Below, one piece after another: positions 49,243 to 60,297 of a stretch of DNA of 64,000 bases. A program made the translations under genes and the position numbers. The notes beneath the pieces were generated by a model. That model saw only the letters and a program-made list of their open reading frames with translations. It was not told where the DNA came from and did no database searches. The stretch lies in IMG/VR virus record IMGVR_UViG_3300025096_000008, positions 23,183 through 87,182 of that record; one strand, given 5' to 3'. The DNA is from a virus. Within the stretch, counting starts at the first letter, position 1. The number at the start of each line of letters is the position of its first letter.

Positions 49243-51561
49243 ACCAAGCACCTCACCAGCACCCAGCTCAGTGTTCAAGAGCTCCTTGTACTACGATTCG
49301 CGGCACGAGATGTAACCCGATTTGTTGAACACCTCGACGACGAGATGCTAGGCGAGTTGTATGCTGCCGTCAAGGCGGAGCGAGATGAGCGCTCATGCTT
49401 CAACGACGACGACATATGTTATGCTCCCCTCTTCGAGGAGTCTAGCTATTACGACACCAACGAGGAGAGCAACTTGGATTGGAACCAGAAGCGAGGAGAC
49501 CTATAATGGATATCAAAGTAGGATCATTAGTGAAGAACAAGAACACCCAAGAGATTGGTCTAGTAACTAAGCTTGGCGATTTGGTAGCAATAGTTAACTA
49601 TTGGGATATCGTCGATGGCAGGATTCAACGGCAAGACCAATCTGGGCATGAGCTCATTGCTAGCCTAGAACACTTTCACGATTACGACTTAACTGTTTAA
49701 CTTAAGAAGAAGGATATAAGATTATGAAACACTACACAGAAAACACTAGCATTATGGGAACACCTTTACCTCCGAGCAAAGACGAGAATGAATGGGTACT
49801 ATCTAATCCAGAGTATAATATGGGTGATGATACTAACCTACTTAAATTTGCCGTCCATCTAGAACAGCTAGCTAGCCTAGGATTATAAGAACATGCTTAA
49901 GCCAGGCGATATCGTAAGACATGTATATAAGAACTGGACCGGCATTGTGGAGAGTGTGATAGATACATACTGGTACCATGTCAAGTGGACACGAGCCGAC
50001 GGGCGCGAGCTAGGTCGAGCACACTGGAGCACTTCACACCTAGCACAATCACTTAGTCTTATCACAAAGGAAGACTTTATCTAGCTATGAACGACAGTTC
50101 GCCCAGTAACCATCGCCCACTAAACCCTAGGATCAATCCAATGACTAACTATGAACGACATCAGGGAATCTATACATACAAAGCTATTGAGAAAGGCACC
50201 GACGTGCTTGTTCTGGATCCCCAGTCAGACAGATACCAGTGGCTAGGCAAAGCAGCAGAGTCATGGATACCCATGACCCGATGGGAGAGTGTTAGCGTTA
50301 AGCTAGCATTCGAAGACGGGACCACCGAGGAGTATCAACGGCGAACTGTTCGCCCAGTAACCATCACCCACTAAACCCTAGGATCAATACAATGACAAAG
50401 CTGACCGAAGCAATGAAAGCAAAATGGCAAGAACAACGAGCAGAGCGAGCGGCTGAGATAGCAGCATGGAAGCGACCTATCCCATGGCGGCTAGCTAACG
50501 TTGCCGAAATGGAGCGGTATGATCGAGAAGATGAACAAGGTCGCCCAGTACGAAAGGTAGCAACAACAATATGATTAATGACGAAACACTAGAGAGCATC
50601 AAGCCGCACCAATTGGTGGTATCTACCGATGGTGCACCCGCCAAGATAGGCGTTGTATTGGAAGTCGGCGAAGACGGGTGCTGCCAAGTATGGTGGGCAT
50701 GGACCAAAGACTGGTCCTTCTCCGTGGAAGATACAGCCAACTTGGCTCGATTCTAGAAAGGATAAATAATGTCTTACTTCAGTAACTATGATACAACAAC
50801 AAAGCGGACCATTATCAATTGTGCCGCTAAGGATATTATCAATAATGAGGTCCACCTCAGAACAGAGATGTTAGACCAGCTACTCGAAGCACTCTTACAC
50901 GAGAGAAACCATAGAGATAGAGAAGAGCGAGAGGCTCGGGACTTCGAACGGCATGCCTACCTCTACAAGTGGATCAACGAAACTCCCGAGGAGAAATAAA
51001 ACAATGTTACAAGTAACACTAAGAATGTTGTACACCCCAGAGAATCATACCTTTCCTGCTGATCTTAAGATTCTTATCGAGGCATATAAAAAGGATTTAG
51101 AGCATGCCGTATCTCATAGGGATCAGCATGGCGGCAAAGGCAAAACCTATGACCGCTACAAGCAGAACATCTTAGATGCAAACAATGCCATCTATAACTT
51201 AGAGAAGCAGTTAGCTCTCTACCAACCTTATGTAACACCCGATGGTGAAATTTACCAAGAACCCACCCAACAAGGAGAATAACATATGCCCTGGTCTTAT
51301 AATGCAATCGATTATCAAGGAAACAAGATTGGATCCATTTTTGGACTACTCACTTTTATGAGCGAGTATAGAAATTTAAATGATGAACAAAAGGAAGAGT
51401 TAGGTAAGCTCAAGCAACGATACTACCTACACAAGTACATCACACCATCAGACATCAAGATGGTATTCAGTATGATTGAGGATACCAAGCAGCTTAAGAA
51501 GAAGCAAGCTAAGACAAAGAAGAAGCCAGCAACTAAACCCAAGGAAGCTAGCAAGTCATGA
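49240..51561 (+). other. cluster of very small ORFs, including SH3-like 49506-49700, 49893-50084 and 50571-50756
   Basis: Tightly packed 60-100 aa ORFs with RBSs. Confidence 0.6.
50097..50396 (+). repeat. 49-bp direct repeat pair flanking one ORF
   Basis: 50097-50145 and 50348-50396, 2 mismatches. Confidence 0.92.
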
Positions 51562-52165
51562 CACCAATCGATATCATAGTAGGCGGATCCCTGGGTGTTA
51601 TGGGCATCGTCAGCATAATCATCATCGCAATGAACAATGTTTAATCGCGATATATAAAGAAAATAAAAAAGGATACCCAGATGGAAGACAATTGTTACAA
51701 GTGTAAAGCAAGTGAGTATGAGAGTACAGTCATTGAAGACGAGAAGGGTAAGCTAATATGCACAGACTGCTATGATAAGAAGAGCAGCAAACAGAAGAGC
51801 CGTGAAGCAAATAAATTATTTATCTAAAGCAGGGGAAGAGCAAGAGGGGGGGTACTACCCCCCTACCCCGAATCTATGTCCCAATGTAGGCTAAACAGGC
51901 AACCGGCGCCTAAGTACGTTTGAAATAGCGGAGAAAATTTTACCAGATTTGAAGGGTGCTAAAAAATGCCCAGAAAAAAAAGAGAGAGTTGTAAGATGAA
52001 AGAAAAGTTGTATAATATTGTAAGGTTCCATTTCAAAGGACCAGAAGAAGTCATTGATTACGGTTACACACTAGAAGAAGCACAAGAGCATTGCGAGCGT
52101 GAAGACACAAACGGCGAAGGCTGGTTCGATGCTTACAGAGAACAATAAATTGAGGAAGGTATAAT

Positions 52166-52447
52166 ATGGGAACACCAGCACCGATTAATGTAGGCGACTT
52201 AGTGGTTCATGTTCGGATGGATGTGAATGGTGTCGTGCTAAGCAAGAAGAATCAAACATTAACAGTGTATAGAATGTATTGGCTTACCGATACGGGTTGG
52301 ATGAAACAGGCACCCATGTATGTAACGAGAGATGAGATAATATTAGCCGAAGAGCTAACACTTAAAGAGAAAAATGATTGCTTTAACAAGGGGCTCTGTG
52401 GAAGATGCCTTCAGTTAGGCGGAGGATGTAGAAATGAAACAAGATAA
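52166..52447 (+). CDS. GDLV SH3/KOW-like small protein
   Basis: INVGDLVVH..GVVL..MYW. Confidence 0.6.
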   Translation: MGTPAPINVGDLVVHVRMDVNGVVLSKKNQTLTVYRMYWLTDTGWMKQAPMYVTRDEIILAEELTLKEKNDCFNKGLCGRCLQLGGGCRNETR

Positions 52448-52871
52448 AGTGGTAATAACATCGATGTATGCTAATCCTATCCATCCAGGGCACATTGAGT
52501 GCCTACAGGCAGCAAAGGCTTTGGGGGATTACTTAATTGTGATTGTGAATAACGACAAGCAACAGAAGCTTAAGACAGGCACAATGTTTCAGGACCAGTT
52601 CTTTAGGAAGACTGTTGTAGGAGCACTCAAGCCGGTGGACGAGACATTCATGTCAATTGATGAGGATGGGTCTGTCTGTGAGAGCATACGATCTGTTGTG
52701 GAGCGGTGTAGCCCGCATAGTGAGGTTATCTTCGCCAAGGGTGGTGACAGGTTCGCAGATAACATTCCAGAGGTTGATGTCTGTAAAGAGTTGGGTGTGG
52801 AAATTGTAGATGGCTTAGGGAAAAAGATACACAATAGCTCCAAGTACCGCATTGCCGCCATACTTAGATAA
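52434..52871 (+). CDS. cytidylyltransferase-family protein (TagD/RfaE-II-like)
   Basis: PIHPGHI (HxGH), GDYLIVIVNND, FAKGGDR, NSS. Confidence 0.88.
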   Translation: MKQDKVVITSMYANPIHPGHIECLQAAKALGDYLIVIVNNDKQQKLKTGTMFQDQFFRKTVVGALKPVDETFMSIDEDGSVCESIRSVVERCSPHSEVIFAKGGDRFADNIPEVDVCKELGVEIVDGLGKKIHNSSKYRIAAILR

Positions 52872-53283
52872 GTGGAAGTCGGTGACTTAGTAATATTTCA
52901 GCATGGGTCGTATACAAAGCGACACCTAGGTGTGGGTATAATCTTCAAGAAGAGGGAAATGGAGAAAGGCGAGAACCTGTATTTCAAGGAAGGTGTGTTA
53001 GAGGTGTATTGGTCAGCCACTGGCGCCAAGATGGTCTTTCCCGTCAACTCAAGCATGCTAGAACCATGTTTCGTTGTGGAGGGCTCTACGGATGCCGAAG
53101 CCGATTGATGTAGGTTCACTGGTAAAGTTCAAGAATGATTACAACATTCGGTGTGGCTATGGCATTGTCGTAGTTTCCGGAAGCCTTAACTCGGAAATTT
53201 ATTGGCTTAGTGATAACAAAACAGAGACTACATTTACCATGGTATTAGAGGAAGTGAAGTGGATTGACTTACCAGAGCTGTAA
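52872..53283 (+). other. two tandem GDLV SH3-like ORFs (52872-53108 and 53092-53283)
   Basis: MEVGDLV..GVGII..VYW; IDVGSLV..GYGIV..IYW. Confidence 0.6.
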
Positions 53284-53406
53284 GTAGCCGAAAAATAAGC
53301 ACTTTGTAAGTAGTTAGAAAATAAGCAGAATAAAGTGTGGATCTGCTGACTGTAAGTGCCTAAAAAAATTGGCGAAAAAAAATGTCGTTTTTCGTTGATT
53401 ATGTTC

Positions 53407-53480
53407 TTGACAGGGAGAGATCACTATGCTACAGTGATCTATATACAGAGAGATCACTTTAAGAAAGGGCAGATCACATG
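53407..53480 (+). promoter_or_regulatory. promoter homologous to the 49170 promoter, with four GATC elements
   Basis: TTGACA-gggagagatcactatgc-TACAGT...gagagatcacttt...gcagatcac-ATG. Confidence 0.8.
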
Positions 53481-56400
53481 AAAGATCGCATGAAAATCAA
53501 ACCAATACTTGATTACTACTGGACTGGCGAACACACTCTAGATAGTGATAAAGTTTATGATGTCGAGCTAGCAACAAACCAACCGGGTTGGGAGAAGCAT
53601 GGTCTAGTCTTTGTTGAGGGCTATTTGTTAACTTCAGAAGAATATGAGGTGGTAGGATGAAGGAAGTTTTCAAAAGTCTTTTTGAAGAAGAATGTTACAC
53701 ATTTTTAGATAACAATTCCCATATCAATGGGGTTGTTGAAAAAGATGTTTTTTCGGGTTATTTCAAAGTTTTAGACTTAGGCTAGGAAAAGAATAATGGA
53801 AAATCTAGAAGTTGGTGATTTAGTATTCTTTCACCGTGAGGTAGATGGTGAGCCTGGTGCCGGCATTAAGAACGGTAGAGCCTGGAAAGGTATTATCACT
53901 GGTCCGGTATCAGAAGAAAAGAAGGACTGTGCTGACTGGGAAGTTAAGTGGCTATTCGATACCGATGGTAACAACTCTGAACACAATTGTGCTCATTGGA
54001 GTTGGGAACTTGTAAAGGCAGAGGATCAAGGCAAGCCATGGGAACGGCTAGACACATATGTTGCCAATGGTGGTTTAATGAAAGAACTAGAAGCACAGTT
54101 ATTTGGCGATAACCCAATAGAAGGAGAATAATGCTAGCAACCCATAGAGCAAAGAAGGATGCCTCAAGGCGGACCAAGAACCGGTTTAGAGAACATACCC
54201 TAGTGTTTGTTAAGAAACTACCAGTATGGTCAGACACTTGGATCAAGAACGAAATCGATAGTGTATTTAGAGGCACCAGCATTTTGTTCGAGAGTGTAGA
54301 GAAGGATGAAAAAGGTAAGTTTGCTAAGTGGTGTGGATGGATTCCCGCTAGTGAAGTTGAGAGGATAGAAGAATGACCGTATTGAACTACCATAAACAAC
54401 CTGGGACAGTCTTCCCCATAGAAGAGGCTAAGAGTTTAGTGTTGGAAAACATCCGATGGGAAACAGATGGCTGGGATTATAGAATCGAAACAGTCAACAC
54501 TGATTCCAGAGGAAACAACACCACGGCTAAAGTGAGAGTATACGATGACGAAAATATATTCGTTGGATACCTATAGGCGAATCAAGGTCCGTACAGTGGA
54601 CCTCACAGAGATGCCGGATGATTTGCTGATGCTGCTTCTGAATGGATCCATGTCCTATAGTGACGCAGCTAAGGCATACCCCGGTCCCATCTGTACCATC
54701 ATAGAGGAGCCAGCCGATAAAGCAGCACCTCCTCCATTGCCGGAAGATGCCGACTGTGATGAGTAGCTGAAACATGCTATTAGCCGCCAAAGTGATTGTT
54801 GTATTTTGTTTAACATACGATTTGCTAACACTATTTGATATTTACCAGAAAAGAGAACGATAATGATCAACACCAAGAAGAAGAAGCCCGATATGGTGAC
54901 AGTGCTGCTAACACAGCAAGAGATCCAAGCATTATATTTTACCCTAGAAGCGGCAATGAATAAGAGCGGCGTTGTGAGAGAAGAACACCATATGCCCATT
55001 AACTGGATCCTTAATTGTATCGAGGAAGAAGTGTCCCAATGAGAATCCGAGTTAACACAATCATCTTACTAGCACTCCTGGCTCTCTCAATTGGACTCTG
55101 TAGCTCTTGTGTTGTCGTTGTGGATGATACACCGGCTGAAAGCCGGGAGGGCACACAGGTCATCGTGAAGCATTCTGATACTGATGAAAGCTGTGACGAA
55201 GTACCTCACGAGCACCGAGCTCAGCGGTGTGATGTATATGAGGGAAGAGATTGTTGTGAGTGGTATATTGGTGATGGATGTTTTGAGAAGTATTGCTTCT
55301 ATTATCACAATTGCGAATGGCATTGGTACGGCACGACTTGTGAGGTTCAAGAATGACAAACAAATGGAAGCATCCTGCACCACCACATGATTTTGAAATT
55401 GGTGATCTCGTGGTTGAGTCTGGGTATGATTTTGGCAAAGGCTGTGGTGTAGTGGTAGACTTAGCTAATACTAGCCCACACTTTGCCGGCGGAACCTATC
55501 GAATGGGCACAATACAAATCTTTTGGACTGGTGACGAGTACGAGGCTGCTGGTATGGACGGCAAAGATCCTGGTGTCTATTGGGCTCTCCCTCATAAGAT
55601 AAAGAAACTAATCAAAGCAGAGGAACAAAATGATGGATGAGAATAAACTAAACCGTGGTCGCTGGCCAATAGAACATCTTATAACTAGCGGTGTTGAGGC
55701 GAAGCGGAAGCGAGCCGAAGAAGAAATAGCTGGCTATGACATGTCTAAAGCAAGAAAAAATCTTGCCGATTTTGACAATGTGCTTTGGTGCATACGAAAC
55801 CTGAAAAAAAATTATGCCGACGAAAAAAATATCGTCGAGGCTTGTCGTCTAATTTCTATCGTCTATCGATGGAATCTAACACACTGGCGAGCCGGAACTC
55901 AACACTGGAGGTTGATCTAATGGAAGAGCATAATAGAAAAAATGATAAGTTCTGGGTGGTGAGCAAGCCGAGCAAGACATGGGATTTAGATTTCTTATCA
56001 AACTATCTCACTATCGAAGACATATGTTTTTGTACTTGTTATCGAGGGCTTATGACCCAAACTTTGGGTGGACTCACTCCGTCAGATATAGTTGGTGTTT
56101 TTGTGAGCGAAAAACCGGCTAAAGTATGTGCAGAACAGATTCTAAAACAATGTATTATCGAAAAAACCTTAGAAGAAAGCAAGAGCAAGTTATGATTATG
56201 AAAGTTGGAGATTTGGTAGAAGTTTCTATTGACTGGAGAGATGAGATTGGTGTTATCGTTGGCTTCGACTCTGAAAAGGATCCTGTAATTAAAGTTGATG
56301 ATGGCTGCATTGTTGATTACCGAGAGAATGTAAGGGTGTTAAATGAAAAAAGGCAATATCTATAAGTTCAGTTATATCTCGGAAAACTCAGAGCTAAATT

Positions 56401-57019
56401 ACAAGAATATCATGTTCCTTGGTGAAGAGTGGAGCTATCCCGAAGGTGGCTTCGCTGTAAGAAATTATAAAGTTTTAATACTTGGAGAAATTTCGCCTGT
56501 CACAATAGACAAGAGCCTAGTTAGGTATATGACACCTGTGTAGGTGTGTAAGAAGAACAGGGAGCACCATGGCACAATGGGAAATGAAGAAGATACATAT
56601 ATTACTATAAATGATGTGAGACCTGGTGATTTCGTATGTATTGTTCCACGAACATGGTGGTCTGCTCTTCGTGGAGAATATAAGATCGAATTCGGTACCA
56701 TAGTATCAAAGCCGGAAGATCTAAGGGGTGGTGTAAGAGTGTATTCATCTTCCAGAGGAACATGGATTGTTTTCCCACACCAGTGGTATTTTAGGAAGTT
56801 AGACACATGAAAACAGGCGATTTAGTGGAGTGGGATGGTTTATTTACTGAGTATGGTAAGACATATATGTCTAAACAATATCTCGGGCTTGGAATCATAA
56901 TTGACGATACTAGCTATCGAGAAACTGTCATTGTCCAGTGGCTTAATTCTGGGTGGAAGCTTCGCTGCGTAAAGGAGTCTCTCAGGATAGCGACTAAAGA
57001 ACAGCAAGACTTCCTGTAG
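53478..57019 (+). other. operon of small ORFs, including GDLV-type 53796-54131, 55353-55640, 56192-56365, 56343-56543, 56544-56810, 56807-57019 and a Cys-rich lipoprotein 55039-55356
   Basis: Repeated [KE]xGD[LF]V starts; LCSSC lipobox-like end of a signal peptide. Confidence 0.6.
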
Positions 57020-57073
57020 AAAGATAGTTGATTTATTTTTTGACTTTTCTCGAACATTCTGATAATATAACAT

Positions 57074-58003
57074 ATGGAGGATTCCTTGACAGATGTGAGC
57101 CAAAGATTTAAGGACTATGGTGAAGAGCATTGCTGGCAGTATGAAATCCGTCTTCGGAATCTAGAAGAGGATATATCGCTAGCTGGGCTTAAGCCAGGAG
57201 ATGCTGAGTCTCTTCATGTTTCCGATTTCAAATTTGAATATGTTGATAAGTCGGAAAAAGATAAGTGTGCAGAGATAAGTGACTTCATAAAGAAGCACGA
57301 ATGGCTCGGCAAGCTTCCGAACCGTCCTACACAACGATTTACAGCCCGGCTCAAGGAAGGTAATGTCCTTGCTGGGGTTATCATTATGGCTGTTCCAAAT
57401 ACCTTCTCTCACCTCCTTGGGAAAGAGAATATCGGCATCGAAAAGTTAATCTCTCGTGGCGCCTGTATATCATGGTCGCCTAAGAGCCTAGGTTCTTGGC
57501 TCGTAACGAAGTCTATCAAGTGGATGGTACAGAATACTGATTTTCGATACTTCACAGCATACTCCGATCCGGAAGCAAAAGAATTAGGGACAATCTATCA
57601 AGCTTGTAACTTTATTTATCTTGGCAAAGGCTCCGGAGTAGCAAAGCAGTATTTCGATCCGGAGAATCCCAAGCAGGGGTGGTTCAGCGGCAGAGAATTC
57701 AGGAAGAAATCAAAGTATTATAGATATGCCAAGGAGGTGGGTATCAGCAAAGAACAATGGGCACTATGGATGAAGAAGTATAGCCCAGACTGGACATTGG
57801 TTCCTCCAGCGGTAAAGACTATGGTAAAGGAAAGAGAGAGAGTGTATCGAGACAGTTGCCATGTTCGAGAGGTAGTTTCGAAGCATAAATATTGTTATAT
57901 CCTCGGGAAAACAAAAGCCGAGACAAAGAGCTTGAGAAAATTATTTATCGAGAAAAATCCAGATAAAATTAACCTTCCTTATCCTAAGAATCGTGGAGAG
58001 TGA
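57074..58003 (+). CDS. Mom-family (GNAT fold) DNA modification protein
   Basis: FIKKHEW, LAGVI, LISR, SWLV..SIK, AYSDP...GTIYQACNFIYLG. Confidence 0.75.
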   Translation: MEDSLTDVSQRFKDYGEEHCWQYEIRLRNLEEDISLAGLKPGDAESLHVSDFKFEYVDKSEKDKCAEISDFIKKHEWLGKLPNRPTQRFTARLKEGNVLAGVIIMAVPNTFSHLLGKENIGIEKLISRGACISWSPKSLGSWLVTKSIKWMVQNTDFRYFTAYSDPEAKELGTIYQACNFIYLGKGSGVAKQYFDPENPKQGWFSGREFRKKSKYYRYAKEVGISKEQWALWMKKYSPDWTLVPPAVKTMVKERERVYRDSCHVREVVSKHKYCYILGKTKAETKSLRKLFIEKNPDKINLPYPKNRGE

Positions 58004-58194
58004 GAATGAAAAGCGGTGATTTAGTAAAGTGTAGAGATGACGAAAACTACCTTTTTGGAATGGGCTTGGTTGTCAAAGAAGAGACAAGAATGGTTAAGGT
58101 GCTATGGCTCTCTGGGTTCGCCGATGATGGCTTCGGCAGAATTGATGATCCGGCTGACTGGAACTGGAAATGCAACCTGGAGCTAGCGAAATGA
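58000..58194 (+). CDS. GDLV SH3/KOW-like small protein
   Basis: MKSGDLVKC..GMGLVV..VLW..LEL. Confidence 0.65.
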   Translation: MRMKSGDLVKCRDDENYLFGMGLVVKEETRMVKVLWLSGFADDGFGRIDDPADWNWKCNLELAK

Positions 58195-58385
58195 AAAAGC
58201 AGAAAAAGAAAAAGCAGAAAAAGAAAAAGCGGAAGAAAAGGAAGAGGAAAATGAAAAACAGAAATCTCCTTGTTAAGAATATGATCTGTAAACCAAAGAA
58301 CAGTGGAGCACATAAAGATAAGAAGAAAGAGGCTAGCAAAAAGGAGTGTCGTAGTAAACCTACGAGCCATAGCCAGGGAGAATAA
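58191..58385 (+). CDS. very basic small protein
   Basis: Poly-Lys N-terminus from a 15-bp tandem repeat; SGAHKDKKK. Confidence 0.5.
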   Translation: MKKQKKKKQKKKKRKKRKRKMKNRNLLVKNMICKPKNSGAHKDKKKEASKKECRSKPTSHSQGE

Positions 58386-58413
58386 GCTATTGCCCATCTA
58401 TTTATATGTGTAT

Positions 58414-58489
58414 GGGGCTATAGCTCAGTTGGGAGAGCACTTGCATGGCATGCAAGAGGTCATCGGTTCGAACCCGATTAGCTCCACCA
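58414..58489 (+). tRNA. tRNA-Ala(GGC)
   Basis: GGGGCTA/TAGCTCC acceptor with G3:U70, CTTGC-ATGGCAT-GCAAG anticodon arm, encoded CCA. Confidence 0.96.
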
Positions 58490-58504
58490 TACGGAGCTCT
58501 AAAG

Positions 58505-59155
58505 ATGAAAAAAATCCTACTGATATTATCTATGTTAATACTGCCGGCGACTGCCCATGCTTACGAAGGCTCATCGCTTGTAATTTCTGCTGAGGAAGCC
58601 TTTGATTCATTGTCCTCAACAGGAGAAGCAACACCAGAAGATACCGAAGATAAACTTAACTATTTCGGGCTGGGACTGACAGCGGGCTCGACTTCGGGGA
58701 TTGGGATCACAAACAAGTTCCATTCAAACTATGGACTCGGCTACCAACTAACTGGTGGTATCTTTGGCACTCCCGGCGACTTCATCTTCGCCTCTGTTGG
58801 AACTCAGCTTACCTACACTTTCGGCAGTATCAAGAATGCGAGGATATATGGCATTACTGGTATCGGAAGCTTCTTGAACCGGACTGTTGAAGGGGAATGG
58901 GATAGGTGTGACTGGAACGAAGAAACTCAGATGGAAGAGAACTGTATTCACATACCAGAGGTAGTTTCCTATGGCGCCATCTTCAACTTTGGTGCTGGAC
59001 TTGGTATAGAATTGATTCTATGGGATACTATTGGACTTTCTTTCGACTTACCATTATCAACTTCCATTTCAATTGATAGCGGAATGTCCGGAGGATATGT
59101 AAATCTTCTCGGCTTCTTTCCGATACCAAATGCTTCTTTAGTGTACTATTTCTAA
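58505..59155 (+). CDS. secreted outer-membrane beta-barrel-like protein
   Basis: Signal peptide ending AHA; Gly/aromatic beta strands; C-terminal YYF. Confidence 0.6.
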   Translation: MKKILLILSMLILPATAHAYEGSSLVISAEEAFDSLSSTGEATPEDTEDKLNYFGLGLTAGSTSGIGITNKFHSNYGLGYQLTGGIFGTPGDFIFASVGTQLTYTFGSIKNARIYGITGIGSFLNRTVEGEWDRCDWNEETQMEENCIHIPEVVSYGAIFNFGAGLGIELILWDTIGLSFDLPLSTSISIDSGMSGGYVNLLGFFPIPNASLVYYF

Positions 59156-59484
59156 CACAATCTATTTATAAAAATGGTAAAGAAAAGAATCAACAGACTA
59201 ATATCTAAAGTTCTCTCGATCAACTGGTCGCATGGGGAGGTGAAGACAATGTATTTTCAAATAAAAGTGCAGGATACTACAGAAGAAGTGTCTGTAAAGG
59301 TAGGAGGTACCAGTTACGGTCCAATGAGTGTTACGGCTCAATCTGTGCCTAACAGTGTAAATTTCGTGGATATGGATGCCTAAAAGCAAAATAGCAAATT
59401 AATATACTATTTATAGTTGTAGTTGGAATAAGTAACACTAAAACGATCTCTTAAAAAGAGTATTTACAGTTAAAGGAGCTAAAG

Positions 59485-59814
59485 ATGAAAATAACAAAAA
59501 GCCAATTGAAGCAAATTGTCAAAGAAGAAATATCCCGAGTGTTTGATGAGAGCGATGTTCGAATCGATGAATTCGGCTTGGGAAGGTCTATCAAAGGTGC
59601 CGCAGCCTCGCTCAAGGCGAAAGGCATGGATATGGTCAAGGGAACCGGTAAGTTGGCTCAGACAACCCAGGCACAAAAACAGATTAAGATGATGGTTAAG
59701 GATATTATAAAATCCGGAGATACCCAAGAAGCAAAGTCGATGGCTAATCATTTGAAAGCATTGACAGACGAGCTGGCGGCTTTCGCTGGAAAAGACGACA
59801 TGCCTTATCAGTAG
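59485..59814 (+). CDS. putative internal head protein
   Basis: MKITKSQLKQIVKEEI N-terminus; late motif at 59406. Confidence 0.55.
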   Translation: MKITKSQLKQIVKEEISRVFDESDVRIDEFGLGRSIKGAAASLKAKGMDMVKGTGKLAQTTQAQKQIKMMVKDIIKSGDTQEAKSMANHLKALTDELAAFAGKDDMPYQ

Positions 59815-59823
59815 GAGAAAAAA

Positions 59824-60297
59824 ATGAAAATAACAGAAAAAGTACTTCGTAAGATGATTAGAGAAGAAGTAGAGGTCGGCGAAACGGCTGAAGAAGCATA
59901 TGAAGCCAACTTGAACGATGAGAAAATCATCCGTTTTTTCGAAGAAGGTATTAACCAAGAAGAGCAGCTTGCAGAAATTAGCTCGCTGGATGAGGCGGCA
60001 TTACTAGCTCAGATCCCTAGGCTCGTTTCCGCTCTTAAGAGCAACAAAATGATTCAAGCTTTGATAGGTAAGATCGCAGAAGATCCTAAAGCTGCTGCTC
60101 AGTTTCTTTCCACTATGGCACAAATGGTCGGCATCGATACTGATAAGACTTTTACCGGTAGACAGAAATCAGTAGCTAAGAGCCTTGACAATACCACTCC
60201 CCAATCCGAGCCGGCGGCAGACGATAAAGACGGATTAGTTGAAGGCTTAATTAGAGAAGTGCTGAATGAAATATTCGGTAATAAAGATAAAAAATAA
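59824..60297 (+). CDS. putative internal head protein
   Basis: MKITEKVLRKMIREEV N-terminus; LIREVLNE near the C-terminus. Confidence 0.55.
   Translation: MKITEKVLRKMIREEVEVGETAEEAYEANLNDEKIIRFFEEGINQEEQLAEISSLDEAALLAQIPRLVSALKSNKMIQALIGKIAEDPKAAAQFLSTMAQMVGIDTDKTFTGRQKSVAKSLDNTTPQSEPAADDKDGLVEGLIREVLNEIFGNKDKK

Noticed and set aside
50097-50396. 49-bp repeats as CRISPR or attC sites
   Set aside because: Only two full copies, a 202-bp coding interval, no cas or integrase gene, no attC-like palindrome
58303-58593. ORF 58303-58593 and the N-terminal extension of 58445-59155
   Set aside because: Both run through tRNA-Ala; the real start is probably ATG 58505 (signal peptide, GGAG RBS)
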